From Protoeuglena noctilucae (taxonomy: Eukaryota), in NCBI GenBank assembly GCA_958009085.1, contig OY253668.1:806001-870000 (forward strand): a DNA stretch of 64,000 bases, in the 5' to 3' direction. This document shows, piece by piece, positions 50,736-63,300 of this stretch (positions are counted from its first letter, which is position 1; each line of letters opens with the position of its first letter). Below the pieces are notes generated by a model. That model saw nothing but the letters and a program-made list of their open reading frames with translations, had not been told where the DNA came from and searched no databases. Made by a program: the position numbers and the translations under genes.

Positions 50736-52629
50736 CCACCGCCCCCCCTCCGCGCGGGCGCCGACCGAGCCATGGCCGCGTGACGCCGAGGGGCTGCTTT
50801 GAGTATACCCCGCAGATCCACCCACGCTGGACTCGTCGTGCGATCCCCGGCTGTTCGCCTGGGGGCCAGAAGACCGCGGGCAAGGCGCTCAGTGAGGTGG
50901 ACGACGCAGCGGCGCATCGATATTCCAAAGAGCAAGGGGAACTAAGACCCGGCCTCGTTTGAGCCACGCGCGGGACGTTTGCCGGGCGCACCTGCCGCGC
51001 GTGGGCGCTCTCATCGCCCCTGGGGCGTGGGAATGCGGCCACGTTTTCCTCCCGCCCATGCCACGCCGTCGGTCTACCCCCGCGTTCTTCACATATCTCG
51101 GCGAGCTCGCCCAGGTCGCCGTCGGGCACCCCAGGATGGGGTCGCATCCGGCCCAGGCCTCCGGCCCCTGCGCGCCGCACGATGGAGGTCTGCTTCCACC
51201 ACCTCACGGCTACAAGCACAAAGCACCTGCCGTGCGCGCAGCCTCCCCCGCGGTCCGCCCGGGTCTGCGCGGGTCGGCAACGGTGTGCGGTCCTCACCTC
51301 CCCCTCTCCTGCGCACCGCTGCCTCCACGGGCCCAGCGTCACACAATCAGAGGCCCCCCAGTTCAACGACGACAGGAGCTGGGCTCAACGTGATCCATGG
51401 GCCAGCACCAGCTCCAGAGCACTGATGTGTGCCGCAACCACACAATTACGAGCGCGACAGGGTTTCAGAGCGAGGAGGCAGCACGTCATTAGACGACATA
51501 CAACTGTCTAAGTCCAGCTTCAAGCATCTGATGTTGCATGCACCGTGCGGCACATCATTGTCATCATCCCCCCTCGCTGTCGCTCCGGTTTTTGGCAATT
51601 TGCTTCCACATGCCCTTCTTCTCGAACCCAGGCACCGCGCGTTCCTTTTCCTGCACGTGAGGAGTACGGGTGGAGCGAAGCTCCCGTGCTCAGCACACAG
51701 TGAGGGGCTCACACACGGTGGAGGCCATCAACTCGCGGACTCTTACCTTGTAGCTGTCCCTCTCCAGCAAAGGGATGACGACCGTCGGGGTGAGCGCGAG
51801 AACTGCGAATGCAGTAGGGGTCGGCCAAGGGGTGGGGTGCCCCGCTGATCAAACCGCAGGTACTGCCACTGCGCCAAGCAACGCACGTATCGCTCCCACG
51901 AGTCCAGCGCCAATCCAGACGCCGCTCCTGGACTTCTGCTGGACAAGCTGGGGGGGCCACGCCATTCCGCTGTCCTCTGCCACCGAAATGCTAGCTAGCC
52001 GCGCATTCTGTGCTACGCGACTAAGGACTTGGAGGGAGTTGTACCACAGGAGAGCAGGGACTCGCTCTTGAAGGCCCGTTCAAGAAGCGCCCGGCTTGCG
52101 TGTCACCGAAACGTCTTCCGGCCCTCGGCCGCGGGATGGAAATCGGCTCGCCACCCCGTGCTGCTGTCACACACATTCGAAGACGAGCAATCTCGCGACG
52201 ACTGGGGTGTGCATACACTGCGGGGGCACCATCACCAACTGGTCAAGCAAATTCAGCCCTTCTGCAGCCCTCCAGCTGCGTAAGTGGATTCCTTGCGCCA
52301 AGTGTGAGACCGCTTGAGAGCCAGGTGCGCGGTGGAGGCGGTTGCATCGTGTTACGGGCGTGCACCGCGTCCTGCACAGCGCACGAGTCGGAACGGGTCG
52401 AGGCTCGCCTGTCGAGGCCAACGAGCGGTTGCAGTGCCATGCGTTCGAGGCGTTCATGGCGTTGTGGCAGTCGCCACGGCCATTTAGACGACGGGGTTGC
52501 TGCTGCGCGCGGACCCACGCTGATGGAGCTGTGCGCGCGATCTCCAACGGCGCACGCGCCCCGCATGCATTCGGATGACGACGGTTGCGCGCAGTGCTGC
52601 GGTGGATGCGTCTCTGAGGGGCGCGGATC

Positions 52630-53480
52630 ATGGAAGGGGCGAATGCATCGGCCGGGCAAGCGCGCTCGCACCCGGGCGTGATTCTGAGCCATCTGATGTT
52701 CAAGGCGGCCGCGTTCGTGTGAGTAGGTGTTCGACATGCCCACAACGAAGTGCGTGCGTGCGGATATCCTCCACTCCCACCAGCACTCCCACCCCCGCAG
52801 CTATTACATCACCTGCACCTGGATTTTCTCAACCTCTTTCATCACCAATTTCGTGGTGTGTGTGGTCCTCCTCTCCCTGGACTTCTGGGTCGTGAAGGCG
52901 CGTATTCCGCCGCTTAGCCCCATCGCTGCTCGCGCGGGCAAGATGGCGCCCTTTCCACGGCCCCGTGTCCCCCACTGCAGAATGTCTCGGGGCGCATCCT
53001 GGTGGGCCTCCGGTGGTGGAACGAGGTGTCGGAGGACGGCAACAGCGTGTGGAGGTACGAGAGCCTGGGGGCCAACGACCGCGCCGTGAGCCCGGCAGAC
53101 TCGCGGTGAGGGCCGCCTGCGTGCGCAGGGCGCCGCCTGGGTGCTGTGCCGCGACTGCCGTCATCCGACCGTGCGGCCAAGACGGCGCCCCCAGGATGTT
53201 CTGGCAGCCTCTCTACATCACTCCTGTGGCGTGGGTGGTGGTGGGCCTGGGGTCTCTCTTCAGCATCTCCAAATGGGACTACCTCCTCATCGTCATCATC
53301 GCCATCGTCATGTCCGGCTCCAACATCGCCGGGTACTACCGATGTTCGCGGGACCAGCAGGCCAAGTTCCGCAACCTGGCATCCAACGCCATGGCCGCCG
53401 GCATGCGCAACGCCATGGGGGCTTTCTTTGGCGGCAACAACAACGCAGCGCAGGGGCAGGGGCAGGGGCAGCGGGCATAG
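52630..53480 (+). CDS. TVP23: Golgi membrane protein TVP23 / ECHIDNA homologue, 4 exons
   Basis: SHPGVILSHLMFKAAAF, LLSLDFWVVK|NVSGRILVGLRWWNE...WRYES, DSR|MFW and SNIAGYYRC. Confidence 0.96.
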
Positions 53481-53517
53481 AGCATAGGTGCCTGCCTCCC
53501 CTTTAAGAGGGCGGCGT

Positions 53518-56500
53518 TTATCGCGGCGCCGGAGCCCCGCCAGGGCCGTGGACCCAGGCGTGAATGGCCTGAGACGAGCGATTGCCCAGCCAGACCACCA
53601 GCTGAGCCAGCGGGCCCGTGGCGAGCCTCCGCTGGCTCCACGCGCTGGTGGCCGCGGCCGCGACGTGGCGCCCTGCCACGGCTATTGGGCCGGAGACAGC
53701 ACTGACCGCACGGCTCAGCCGGCCCTTGGCCCAGGCGTCCACGGGCGCCGCGAGGGACCTGCAGGAGTGCCGGAGGCAGGCCGTGGGGTAGGCACGATAA
53801 ATAAAATGCGATGCGCTGTCACCGGACTCCTGGTGTCCTCTGCGGCCCCTCACCAGGCGCCCCGGCTCGTCTCGGCCCACCCCTTTGCGGCCCAGTCGCG
53901 ACCCACAGAGAGGGACTCGAGGACGGCCGCGTGGACCTCGGGCTTGACGACCCCCGCCGCGTGCAGCACGTCGTAGGCGAGGGCGGCCAGGAGCACGTAG
54001 AGCAGACAGACGGCGATGTGGCGCAGCAGGCCGGCGAAGCTGCGGGGGCGGCGCGGCGGGCGCAGGCGTGTCCTTCGGGCCCCGGGCCAGGCCCCTGCAC
54101 CGAGGGCTGCATCGAGTCGAGTCGCCACCTCACCTGAAGGGGAGCACCACGCGCCCGCCCCGGCGACCCCTGCACCGGCCGACGATGTCGGTGCGCCGCC
54201 CGACCTGCACCACGGCGTGCCCCTCTGCCAGAATTACGAGGTTCTCGTCCCACAGCGACGTGGGGCTCCGGACCAAGCGGACGCCGTCGACGTCCGCGCG
54301 CGTCCCGCGGTCGCGCGCGTGCACGGCCGGGCCGGCGTTCCCGACGAAGGTCGAGGACGCCACCTGGGCGTACGCCTGGCTCCGCAGCGCCACCCCGGCC
54401 CCGTTGCCGCTGTACCGCCCGCCCTCCACTTGGATCGTGGTGCCCAGGCCCTCCCCCACCAGGGCGCCCCCCTGGCAGTCGGAGATGACGCAGTGCGTGG
54501 CGCGGAGGTCAGCGCCGCTCCGCACCACGGCACCGGGGCCCTTGGCTCCGGCCACCTCGGTCTTGACGAGGTCGATCATCGTCACATCGCCCGTCCCCGA
54601 CAGCGCCATCCCCTGGCACTCCGTCACCACCCAGTCCTTCAACACGGTGCCCCGCGCCTTGCAGACCGCCACGGCAGGGGCGCGGGGGCCACCGCCCTCG
54701 ACTGCGGGCGCGCAGTAAAAGGGGTGAGCCAGAAAAGGAGCCACGAGACCCGCGAAGGTGCATGCACCCCAACACTCGTCCAACCCGCCCCCTCACGCAC
54801 CCGTGACCTTCTCCAAGCGGCACCCGTCGGCGTGGATGTCGATGAGGGGCCCTGCGTGCGCTGCGCCGGCGCCGATGATCTTGCCGTTCTTCAGCAGCAC
54901 CCCGGGCTTGCTCAGTTTCAGCGTGTCGCGCGCCCCCAGGCGCACGGTCGACCAGCAGAGGTCCACCTCCGTGACGCCCTCGGTGGCTAGCGCGGCCTCG
55001 ACGTCGGCCAGGGACCCCGACTGGACCTCGCGGCTGTGCAGCAGGTCGAAGGCCACGGCGCGTCCGTCCACGGGGAGGGCCTGGGGCGGGGGCGAGGAGA
55101 GGCGGCAGCTCGGCAGGCGCCGTGGTGCGCAGGCGGTGGCGAGGGGGCCACGCAGCACATCCAGGGAGCCCGCTCGCAAGCAGGGCCCTCGCCTGACACA
55201 GCCGCTTGCGCACGGCGTGGACCACCTCGTCCCGGCGGAAACCCAGGGCCAGGAGGGCCGCCATGACGCTGTCCACGGCGGGGGGCGCGGGCCCATGGGA
55301 CGGCGAGTCGTCCGACCCGGGCAGCGGCGACAGGTAGCGTGCAAAGTCACGCAGGAGGTCCTTGGCGAGCGGGCGGGCGCCGGGTTGCCGGGCAAAACAC
55401 CGCGCCACCTGCTTGCGCAGCTCCTCGGGCACCGAGCGGGGGACGTCCGGCCTGGGAGGACGGGGGGGCTCTGCTTGGGAGGCTGCGGCAAGGGCGCTGC
55501 GGGCGCGTCGGGGCAGTCACGGGTTGGGAGGCTGGCAGGCCCCGCACGGCTCACTTCTCGGACCGGCCCCCGACGGCGTGGACGATCTGGGCGGGGCTGA
55601 AGCCCGGGAAGGGGTCTTTGCTGGTGAAGAGGGCCACGACGAGGCACCCGAACGACCACATGTCCGAGGCAGTGGAGGGCGCGCCCCCCTCGGTCATGCA
55701 CTCGGGGGGTTGGTACGCAGGGTTCCCCCACGGGAAGGTCCCGTAGCCCAGGGAGGCGAGGGCGGCGGCGAGGCCGTTGTCCGCCAGGACGGCCCTCCCG
55801 TCCGGCGCGAGGAGCACGTTGGAGGGGCGGACGTCGAGGTGCGCGACGCCGCCCTCGTGGAGCTGCGCCAGCGCCCGGAGCACGGCCGCCGCGATGCCCA
55901 GCGCTTCCGGCACGTCCACCTGCGACGGCGTTGCGGAGGGCGCAGTGACTGGGGCTCAGCCACGACCGCCACACGCAGCTGACGGAGGGGCCTGCCGCTC
56001 ACGATGTCATCCCCTTCTGCCAACAGAAGCGTGCTTTGCAGCGAGTCGTTGATGCGGTCCATGACGATGCACAGCTTGCCCTCGCTGTCCACGACGTAGC
56101 CGTAGATGCGGCAGAGGGCAGAGCAGCGCCAGGACGCGCGGACGATCTGCGAGGCCACGGAGATCGCTAGACACTCGGGCATCCGACGCATGACCCGTGC
56201 CTCCAAGCATATGCCCACGCAGGGCGCCCACGCAAGCCACCACACCTCAGCCAGGTGGTCGATGAGGGGCCCCGAGGCACCCTTGGGGACGTGGAGGCGC
56301 TTCACGACGACAGGGTGCATCAGCGAGCCCACGCGGAGCTTGGCGACCGCGATTTGCGACGCCTTGCCCTCGGCAGTCACCGAGCCCTCTGCGCGGGAGG
56401 GAGCGGGCCTCCCGTGAGCCCCGCCGGGCACCCCACCGATCTCTCCTCGCCCCCCGCCGCTGTCAGGCGTGCACGCTCACGCATCACGTCCTCTGGAGCC

Positions 56501-57103
56501 AGGGCGAGGTCGGATGCCCGGATTCCCTCCACATCCAGCACGCCCCAGTCCCGCTGGGACGGGCGCAGGGCCTGCACGATGGCCGTCTTGAGCGCCTGGT
56601 CCTCCGGCCACGCCCTCCGTTCCCCGGCAGGCGTCGTCTTCGACAGAGGTCGAATAGCAACGCTTGGTGTCGGAGCAACCGAAGCAGAAGCGGACCCGTT
56701 CGGGGAAGGGGCCCGCAGAGCGTTCTGCGCGGGCAGAGTCGGTTCGATGATGCGCTGTGTGCTCGCTAACATCGTCTGAGCCGTGCACGCGCGTCAATAT
56801 ACCACGCTTGCCTCGCGATCGCTGCCCTCGTCCTCGCTGTCGTGAAGCGGGATCGTTTGGCGGCACACCGGGCAAGTGACGGCCGTTTCGTCCTCGTTGA
56901 TCCTCTGCCGCAGACACTTCGTACACACCTGGTGCCCGCATGGCGTCTCTGCGCAGGGGGAGGCGCGAGCTGCTTGGTGAGAGCATGCAAACTGTCAAAC
57001 AAATGCTTTTCTTCGACGAGGAACGCGCGATCTCGCCCGTGAGCTGCGTGTCATCCCCATGGATCGTCTCCTGACAGCTGAGACACGTTGCGGGGCGCGC
57101 CAT
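53518..57103 (-). CDS. KEG-like RING-HC + protein kinase with UBA-like, right-handed beta-helix and TM C-terminal regions; multi-exon
   Basis: RING CLSC...ETPCGHQVCTKC...CPVCR. Kinase VVVKR, RASWRCSALCRIYG..LCIVMDR, LHEGGVAHLDVRPSNVLL..LADNGL, GNPAYQPPE and SDMWSFGC. UBA-like ALLALGFRRDEVVHAV, beta-helix repeats at 54.1-55.0 kb, and TM HIAVCLLYVLLAALAY. Confidence 0.82.
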
Positions 57104-57369
57104 CGTAGGCGTCCGCAGGCCCAACGCCCGTCTCGGGCACTATGCTGCGTAGCGGGCCTCCAAGTGGATGCCGCCGGGTGCCAATGACTGCACGACAGCT
57201 ATTTCACTCACTGCTTTCATGCCATGTGTTGCGAGGATTCAAGAGGTGGGAGAGGGCGGGTAGAGAACCCACTGCTGGTGCCAATGTCAGGCAATTGCAG
57301 GGCCGAAGGATTTGCTAGCAGCTCATGGCATCACGTGCCAGCACGCTGGCGTGGCGATACAGCTACGCT

Positions 57370-60300
57370 TTACACAGCTACGCTGATGAACACGCCGTTG
57401 CACAGCACGGTCGCAACGCTGTCCGTGCACAGGAGCACGAAGACGGGGCCAGGCCCCCCCGCCAGCCCCGAGACGTCGATGGCGCGCGTGGGCAGGTTGT
57501 CCCGGGGATCGATCCGCACCATGCGCCCGGCGCGCGTGCCCACAAGCACGTCGTGGTCGCCGGTGAGGACCGAGCAGGGCTCCTGCACCTCCGTCTCGAT
57601 CAGCTGCGAATCCTTCGCGGACAGGAGGTAGAGCTGCGCCGCCAGGACTAGGACCCACGCCTCGCTGAGCACCGCCACGCGCGTCACGCCGGACAGCTGC
57701 GCCTGGGACCCCTTCTTCAGCTTGGGCACATCTGCAGTCAGGCCAGGGGGAGACACATGACCTCAGACTCAACCTCCTGGCCGAGCCGGCCCATGCAAGA
57801 GGTGCCGTGCAGCCACCCACGGGGCCTGGACGGCCCTCACCTGCCTCGTCCCATGACACCCGGAACGTCTCCACAAAGTCCTCCCCCGCGCAGACGATGA
57901 CGTGCGGCGTGGCCTCCACGAGCGTCACGATGCCCGGCAGGGGCAGCCGGAGCTTGCCGCGGGACTCACCCGTGAGGGTGTCGCGCACCTCGCCCACGCC
58001 ACCCGCGTCTGCGCGCGTGGCGAAGAGGGTGGGGCCGCTCACGTCGGTACCAAGATGTCGGGATGGGCGGGTCAGGCAGTGCGGGGTGCAGCCTGCCCTC
58101 ACCGATGGTGACGACACGTGTCATGCGGTCGTTGAAGAAGCACCCCAGCACGGGCGTCGAGTGCACTGGCTTCTCCCACAGGGCTCGGCCGGTCACTGCG
58201 CAGCACGGTGGCAGGGCATGAGAAGGCGCGACGGGCCACAAGACCAGGTCACGGCCAGCACTACTCGCAGCAGCACACGCACGCACGCACCGCTGTTGAG
58301 GACGGCGACGTCGCCGGAGAGGCGCCCCACGCAGAGGACGTCGCCCGTGCGCGCCAGGCACATGCACGTGAGGCTGTCGTCGCCATCCTGGGAGCCGTCC
58401 ATCGCCGCGAGCTCCTGCCATGGGAAGAGAAGCGTCGCGTCTATTGCACCGCGTCGGGCGGGGCAGTGCGCAAGCTGTCGGTGCTCCAGGTGCCGCGCGG
58501 GCTTGGGCAAGGCGCACCTGGATGCCGAAGCGTGTCAGGGGGAAGACCGAGTCCTCGTGGACCGTCCACACCGACACGCCCTGCGTCTCGTCCGCGACCC
58601 AGAAGCAGCTGCCCCAGGAGGCGAGAACCGAGCGCTGGTGGGCGGAGACGATGGCGTCGGGGTGCGCGCTGGACAGAAGCCAGTCAATCGTCCATTGGTG
58701 CTTGTCGGGCTGCGGGGGTGTGACACGGCACGACACGATGAGATGCTGAATGCGGGGGCGGCGTGGCAGGCCAGCTCGTGCCGCCGCGCGCCCCTCACCG
58801 TGAGGGTGAGGAGCCCGAATGGCGTGTGCGCCACCACCCTGTCGGACCCCTCGTGCCGCTCCAGGCGCTGGATGGCCAGGGGAGGGCACGCCTTCTCGGG
58901 ACCCGCCCACACACGCAGCCCCCCCGCATCCAGCTGCTGCACCATCTCCAGGCCGCCGTACTGGCCCCGGTCGCGGTACCGCAGCACCGTGCCGTCGCGG
59001 CAGCCCAGCAGCAGCCCACCGTCGATGAGCAGGGCGCTCTGGGGCGAGGGAAGCTCCGTGGGGGACGTGCGCACCACGACTGCCAAGCCCCTGCACCTGT
59101 GCACCTGCGGTCGAGGGCCGGGAGGAGTGCTTTTCAGAAAGCGTGTCGCAGGGCGATCTTTGCCCTCCTTCGCCTGTGCCTGCCACCGCTCACCACCATG
59201 CTGGACGGACCCCCCGCCGACTCGGACGTGGCGCGTGTCCCCGGCGCCCGCCCCGGCGCCCCTTCGTCCGCGCCCCGCCCTCGCGCGCCCCACCGCGACG
59301 ACCGGCTCCGCGGTGACTCGCTCATGCTGGGGCTGGCCGTCCCGGTCCCCGCCCTGCCGGCGTCCGACGGGGCTGCCCCCCCGCCCCCCCTGGCCGGCGG
59401 TGCGTCCGGGTCCGACGACGCCACGTCCATCATCCGCCGGTACCGCTGCTCCCTCTCCCGTTCCTCCTCCCCGCCCTCCTCGTCCCCCCCGTCGCTGCCG
59501 CCCCCGTCGTCGCCGTCGAAGAAGGCCTGAAGGAAGCGGCGGGCGCGCTCCTCCCGCTCCGCCGCCGCCTCGGCGTCCGCGGCGGGGTCCACCTCCGCCT
59601 CCGGCACCACGGCCGCCACCGTAATGGCCTCCTCGCTCGCCAGCACCGCCTGGGCCCCCCGGACAGCCGCGCACGTGGCCCGGCACGCGTGGAGCCACGA
59701 CACGGACACGCGCGGCGGGGCCAGCTCCAGCAGCTGCAGCCCGCCCGTGCCGGCCAGCAGCACGTGCAGCTGCGGCGCCCGGGGGCCGGGCCCCGCGTCG
59801 CCGCCTGCCCCCGCCTCGCCCTCGCCCTCTGCCCGGGCGTCGGGCCCCGGGGCGTCGGCCAGGACCTGGGCGTCGAGGACGGCCTGGCCCGGGTCGACGA
59901 GGGCGACGCAGGCGCAGGAGAGGACGTCGAAGAGAGCGAGGGCGCCCGCCTCGTCCTGGCTCAGCAGCCACGCCGTACCCTCCAGGGCGCGGAGGAAGCG
60001 GACGGGGGCACGGTGCTCGACCAGGCGCGCCAGGGCGCGGCACGAGGGGCGGTCGACGACCAGGATGGGGAAGCGGCCGCGGTCGTCGGGGCGGGCGACG
60101 GCCAGGAGCGCCAGGGCCTGGCCGCGGGGGCCGCGCATGGCCGCCACGGCCGCCACGGGGCCGCCCGGGGAGGCCAGGACGGTGCGGGTGCCGTCGCCGA
60201 GGCTCTCGAGGACCACGGCGTGGCCCAGGGACAGGCACAGCTCGCGCGGGCCCAGGGCCGTCGCCGCCCGCAGCGGCCCCGCCACGGCCACCACGGCCGG

Positions 60301-63300
60301 GTCGGCAGGGACGAGGGAGGCGTCGCCCTCGAGGGAGAAGCGCGACGACTGCACCGGAGGCTGCGTGCCGGCCTCGACCATCTGCGGGGAGCGAGTGCGG
60401 CATTCGCTGACGGAGAGGCGAGCCCGCAGGACACGGCACAAGGGAAGCTGGCCTGGAGTCGACGACCCCCGGCGCGCTGCGGGTTGCCCGGCCGTGCACG
60501 CTGAGGCTGGCACCTGTCGTTTGGCGTCGCGGAGGGCTGCCCGCAGGGGGTCAGGCTCCGGCAGGTCGACGGTCAGCCTCATGAGGGTGCGCCCGTGGGC
60601 CGTGACGGCGGCGCCCACGCCGGGGAGGAGGGCGAACCCGGTGAGCGGGGCGCACGTATCTGTCAGGAACGCCTCCTCCGTGGGCGGGGCCCCCAGGGCG
60701 ACGCGGAGGGGGTGCGTGAGGGCCACGAGGCGGGCGTCATCCGTGGCTGCCAGGATCATCGACTGCGTCTCGTCGAAGAACAGGTTGACCACCTGCGGGT
60801 GCAAGTGAGGGAGTGAGTGGTGGTGGTGGCGGCGATGAAGAGCATGAAGGGGAGGTGAGGGGGGAAAGGCTCGTTCCTTCCCTCCGCCAGGCCACCGGCA
60901 GCCACCCCGCGCCCATCCCCGCCCCGCCCGCCCTCACCGGTGTCTCGAAGGCCCTGGGTCGGCGGAACTCGAGGCATCCGTCCGGGAGGTTGAAGACGAG
61001 GAGGTCGCCCTCGACGGTCACGCACGCGAGCTCGGCGCGGCTGGGCGTGAAGCACATGAACGCGAGGTAGGGCGCGGCCAGGGGGATGCGGGCGAAGGGC
61101 TCCAAGGACTCGTCGTGGAAGACGAGGACGTTGGCCCTCTGGGCGCGGGACTCGACCGACACTGCGGGGGGGGCACGAGGGGCGCGTGCAGGGCAGGGGC
61201 TGGGACCGCGCAGGGCCACGCAGTGCGGTGGAGGGGCTCTCACGGGAGGCGAGGAGGCCGCACTCGGGGTGGGCGCACAAGGGCAGCTGCATGCCCGGGG
61301 GCGGGGGCGTGAGCTGGAGGTACTTGACGGGGAGGTACTGCTGCCGGACGTCGTGGATGACCAGGTAGCCGTCGTTGCCGGCCGTGACGGCGAACGAGCC
61401 CCGGGAGCTGAATTGGATGGCGCGCTGCAGGAAAGCGCATGCACAGTCAGCCCATGCTGCCCGCGGCGGTACCGAGCCCCGTCTGGCACGCGCCATGCGC
61501 AGGCGACGACGGCCCAGGGTGGCATGCTCACCACCGCCTCTCGGTGCTGGTGGTAGACCTCCAGGTGCGCGGCCGCTCGGACGTCCAGCACCTGCATCTT
61601 GCCATCGGCGAACCCGGCGACGAGCTCGTGCTCCGCGGTCGGGCTGCGGGCGTCAGCGGCAGGGGGGTCGGTGCGCCCGTCCCTGCCGTGTCGCGGAGGG
61701 ACGCTGCGGCGCCGCCGACTCGTCACCTGAACCGCAGCGCCGTGCAGTCGGCGCCGGCAAACAGGAACTCGCAGGCCTGCTCCATCGTGGCGGCGTCCCA
61801 GGCGCGGACCGTCATGTCGCGGGACCGCGTGGCCAGCCACGCCCCGGACGCCGAGGCCTCGAGTCCCGTGACGTCGTCGCGGTGGGACCGCATCAGCACC
61901 GTGTACCCCTGGGTCTCCGTGTCGAGCACGCCCACCGTGCCGTCCACCGTGGCCGCCGCCACCAGCCGGCCGCCCTCGGCCTGCGTGCTCGTCGCGTGCC
62001 TCCCTATCGCCTGGCGCGGCAGAACCATCGCGGCCACGGCCTGGGGCAGCGACTGCGGCCCTCACCATGCTGATGCACGTGACGGGTCCCTCGTGCTCCG
62101 CCTCCAGCACAAAGTCCGTGAAGTCCATGAGCCACAGGCGGAGGAGGTGGTCGGAGGAGCCCGTGGCGCACACGCCGTCGACCACGGCCAGGGACGTGAC
62201 GGGGCCGCCGTGGAGGAGCATGATGCTCTCCACCCGCATCCGCGCCAGGTTGATCTGCACCAGGTGGCCGCTGCACGAAACGGGGGACACGTGCGTTGGA
62301 CGGGAATCAGCCGCAGACATCACACACGTGGGGAGCCATTCTGCGCACTTGGCGGCCCACGCATGCGGGCCCTGGCCGCTCGCCTGGCCGCCGCCACGTA
62401 CGCGTACTTGGCGTCCGTCTTGAGGCTCGTGAGGTTCACGTCGAAATCCAGGTCGGTGAACTCGTTGCCGCGGAGGACGGCGAGGGCCCCGGGGTCCTCC
62501 TCCAGCCCGTCCTCGAGGCGGATGCTGCAGTGCCGGATGCTGCCGTGGCGCACACGGTGCGTGCGCACGCCGCGGCTCCCGCACGACACCAGGGTGAGGG
62601 CCTCGAAGGGGCTGAACTTGATCGCCGCCACGGGGTGGTCGAGGAACCCCTTGGCCTCGAGGCTGCGAGCAAGGCACCCGAGGGCTGCCTTGCTGTGCCC
62701 AAGGTCTGATACATCCCACATGCCATGCCATGGACCCTGCCGATCCCCTCCCTCCGCCCCGCATCTCCGGCAGCGAGTCCATCACCTGGCCGCGGCCGAC
62801 TCGGGCGCCCCAAACAGCCCCTCCAGCTTCCACACCGCCAGCACGTGACGCCCCTGGGCGTTGAGACCCACCGCGGCCACGTGGCACGCGTCCGGGCTCA
62901 CGTGCAGGCACGACAGGCCCCCCGCGTGCTCCTGCAGCACCGCGAGGCACGTGCCGCGCCGGTAGTCCCACACACGCACCTGGGTGCCGGGCCCCTCCTC
63001 CGCCGTGGCCATCACTGCGAGGGGAGGTATTCGCACCGCATGCGGCCCTTGCACGCCCCAGCAGCGCCTCGTCGGGAGCTGCAAGCCAGCCGCCCCAGCG
63101 GCGCCTCACCCCGGCCGCAGCTGCTGAAGCTGATGGTGCTGACGGCGGCCGCGTGGCCCCGGAAGAGCCTCCGGGGGGGGTCGGCCCTCTCCTCGTCACT
63201 CCCGCTCAGGTCCAGGGCCAGCACCAGCGACTGGCAGGCGATCACCAGCTCCAGCTTGCCGGGCACAAAGCACATGGTGCGGGGCTGGTCGGACGCATAC

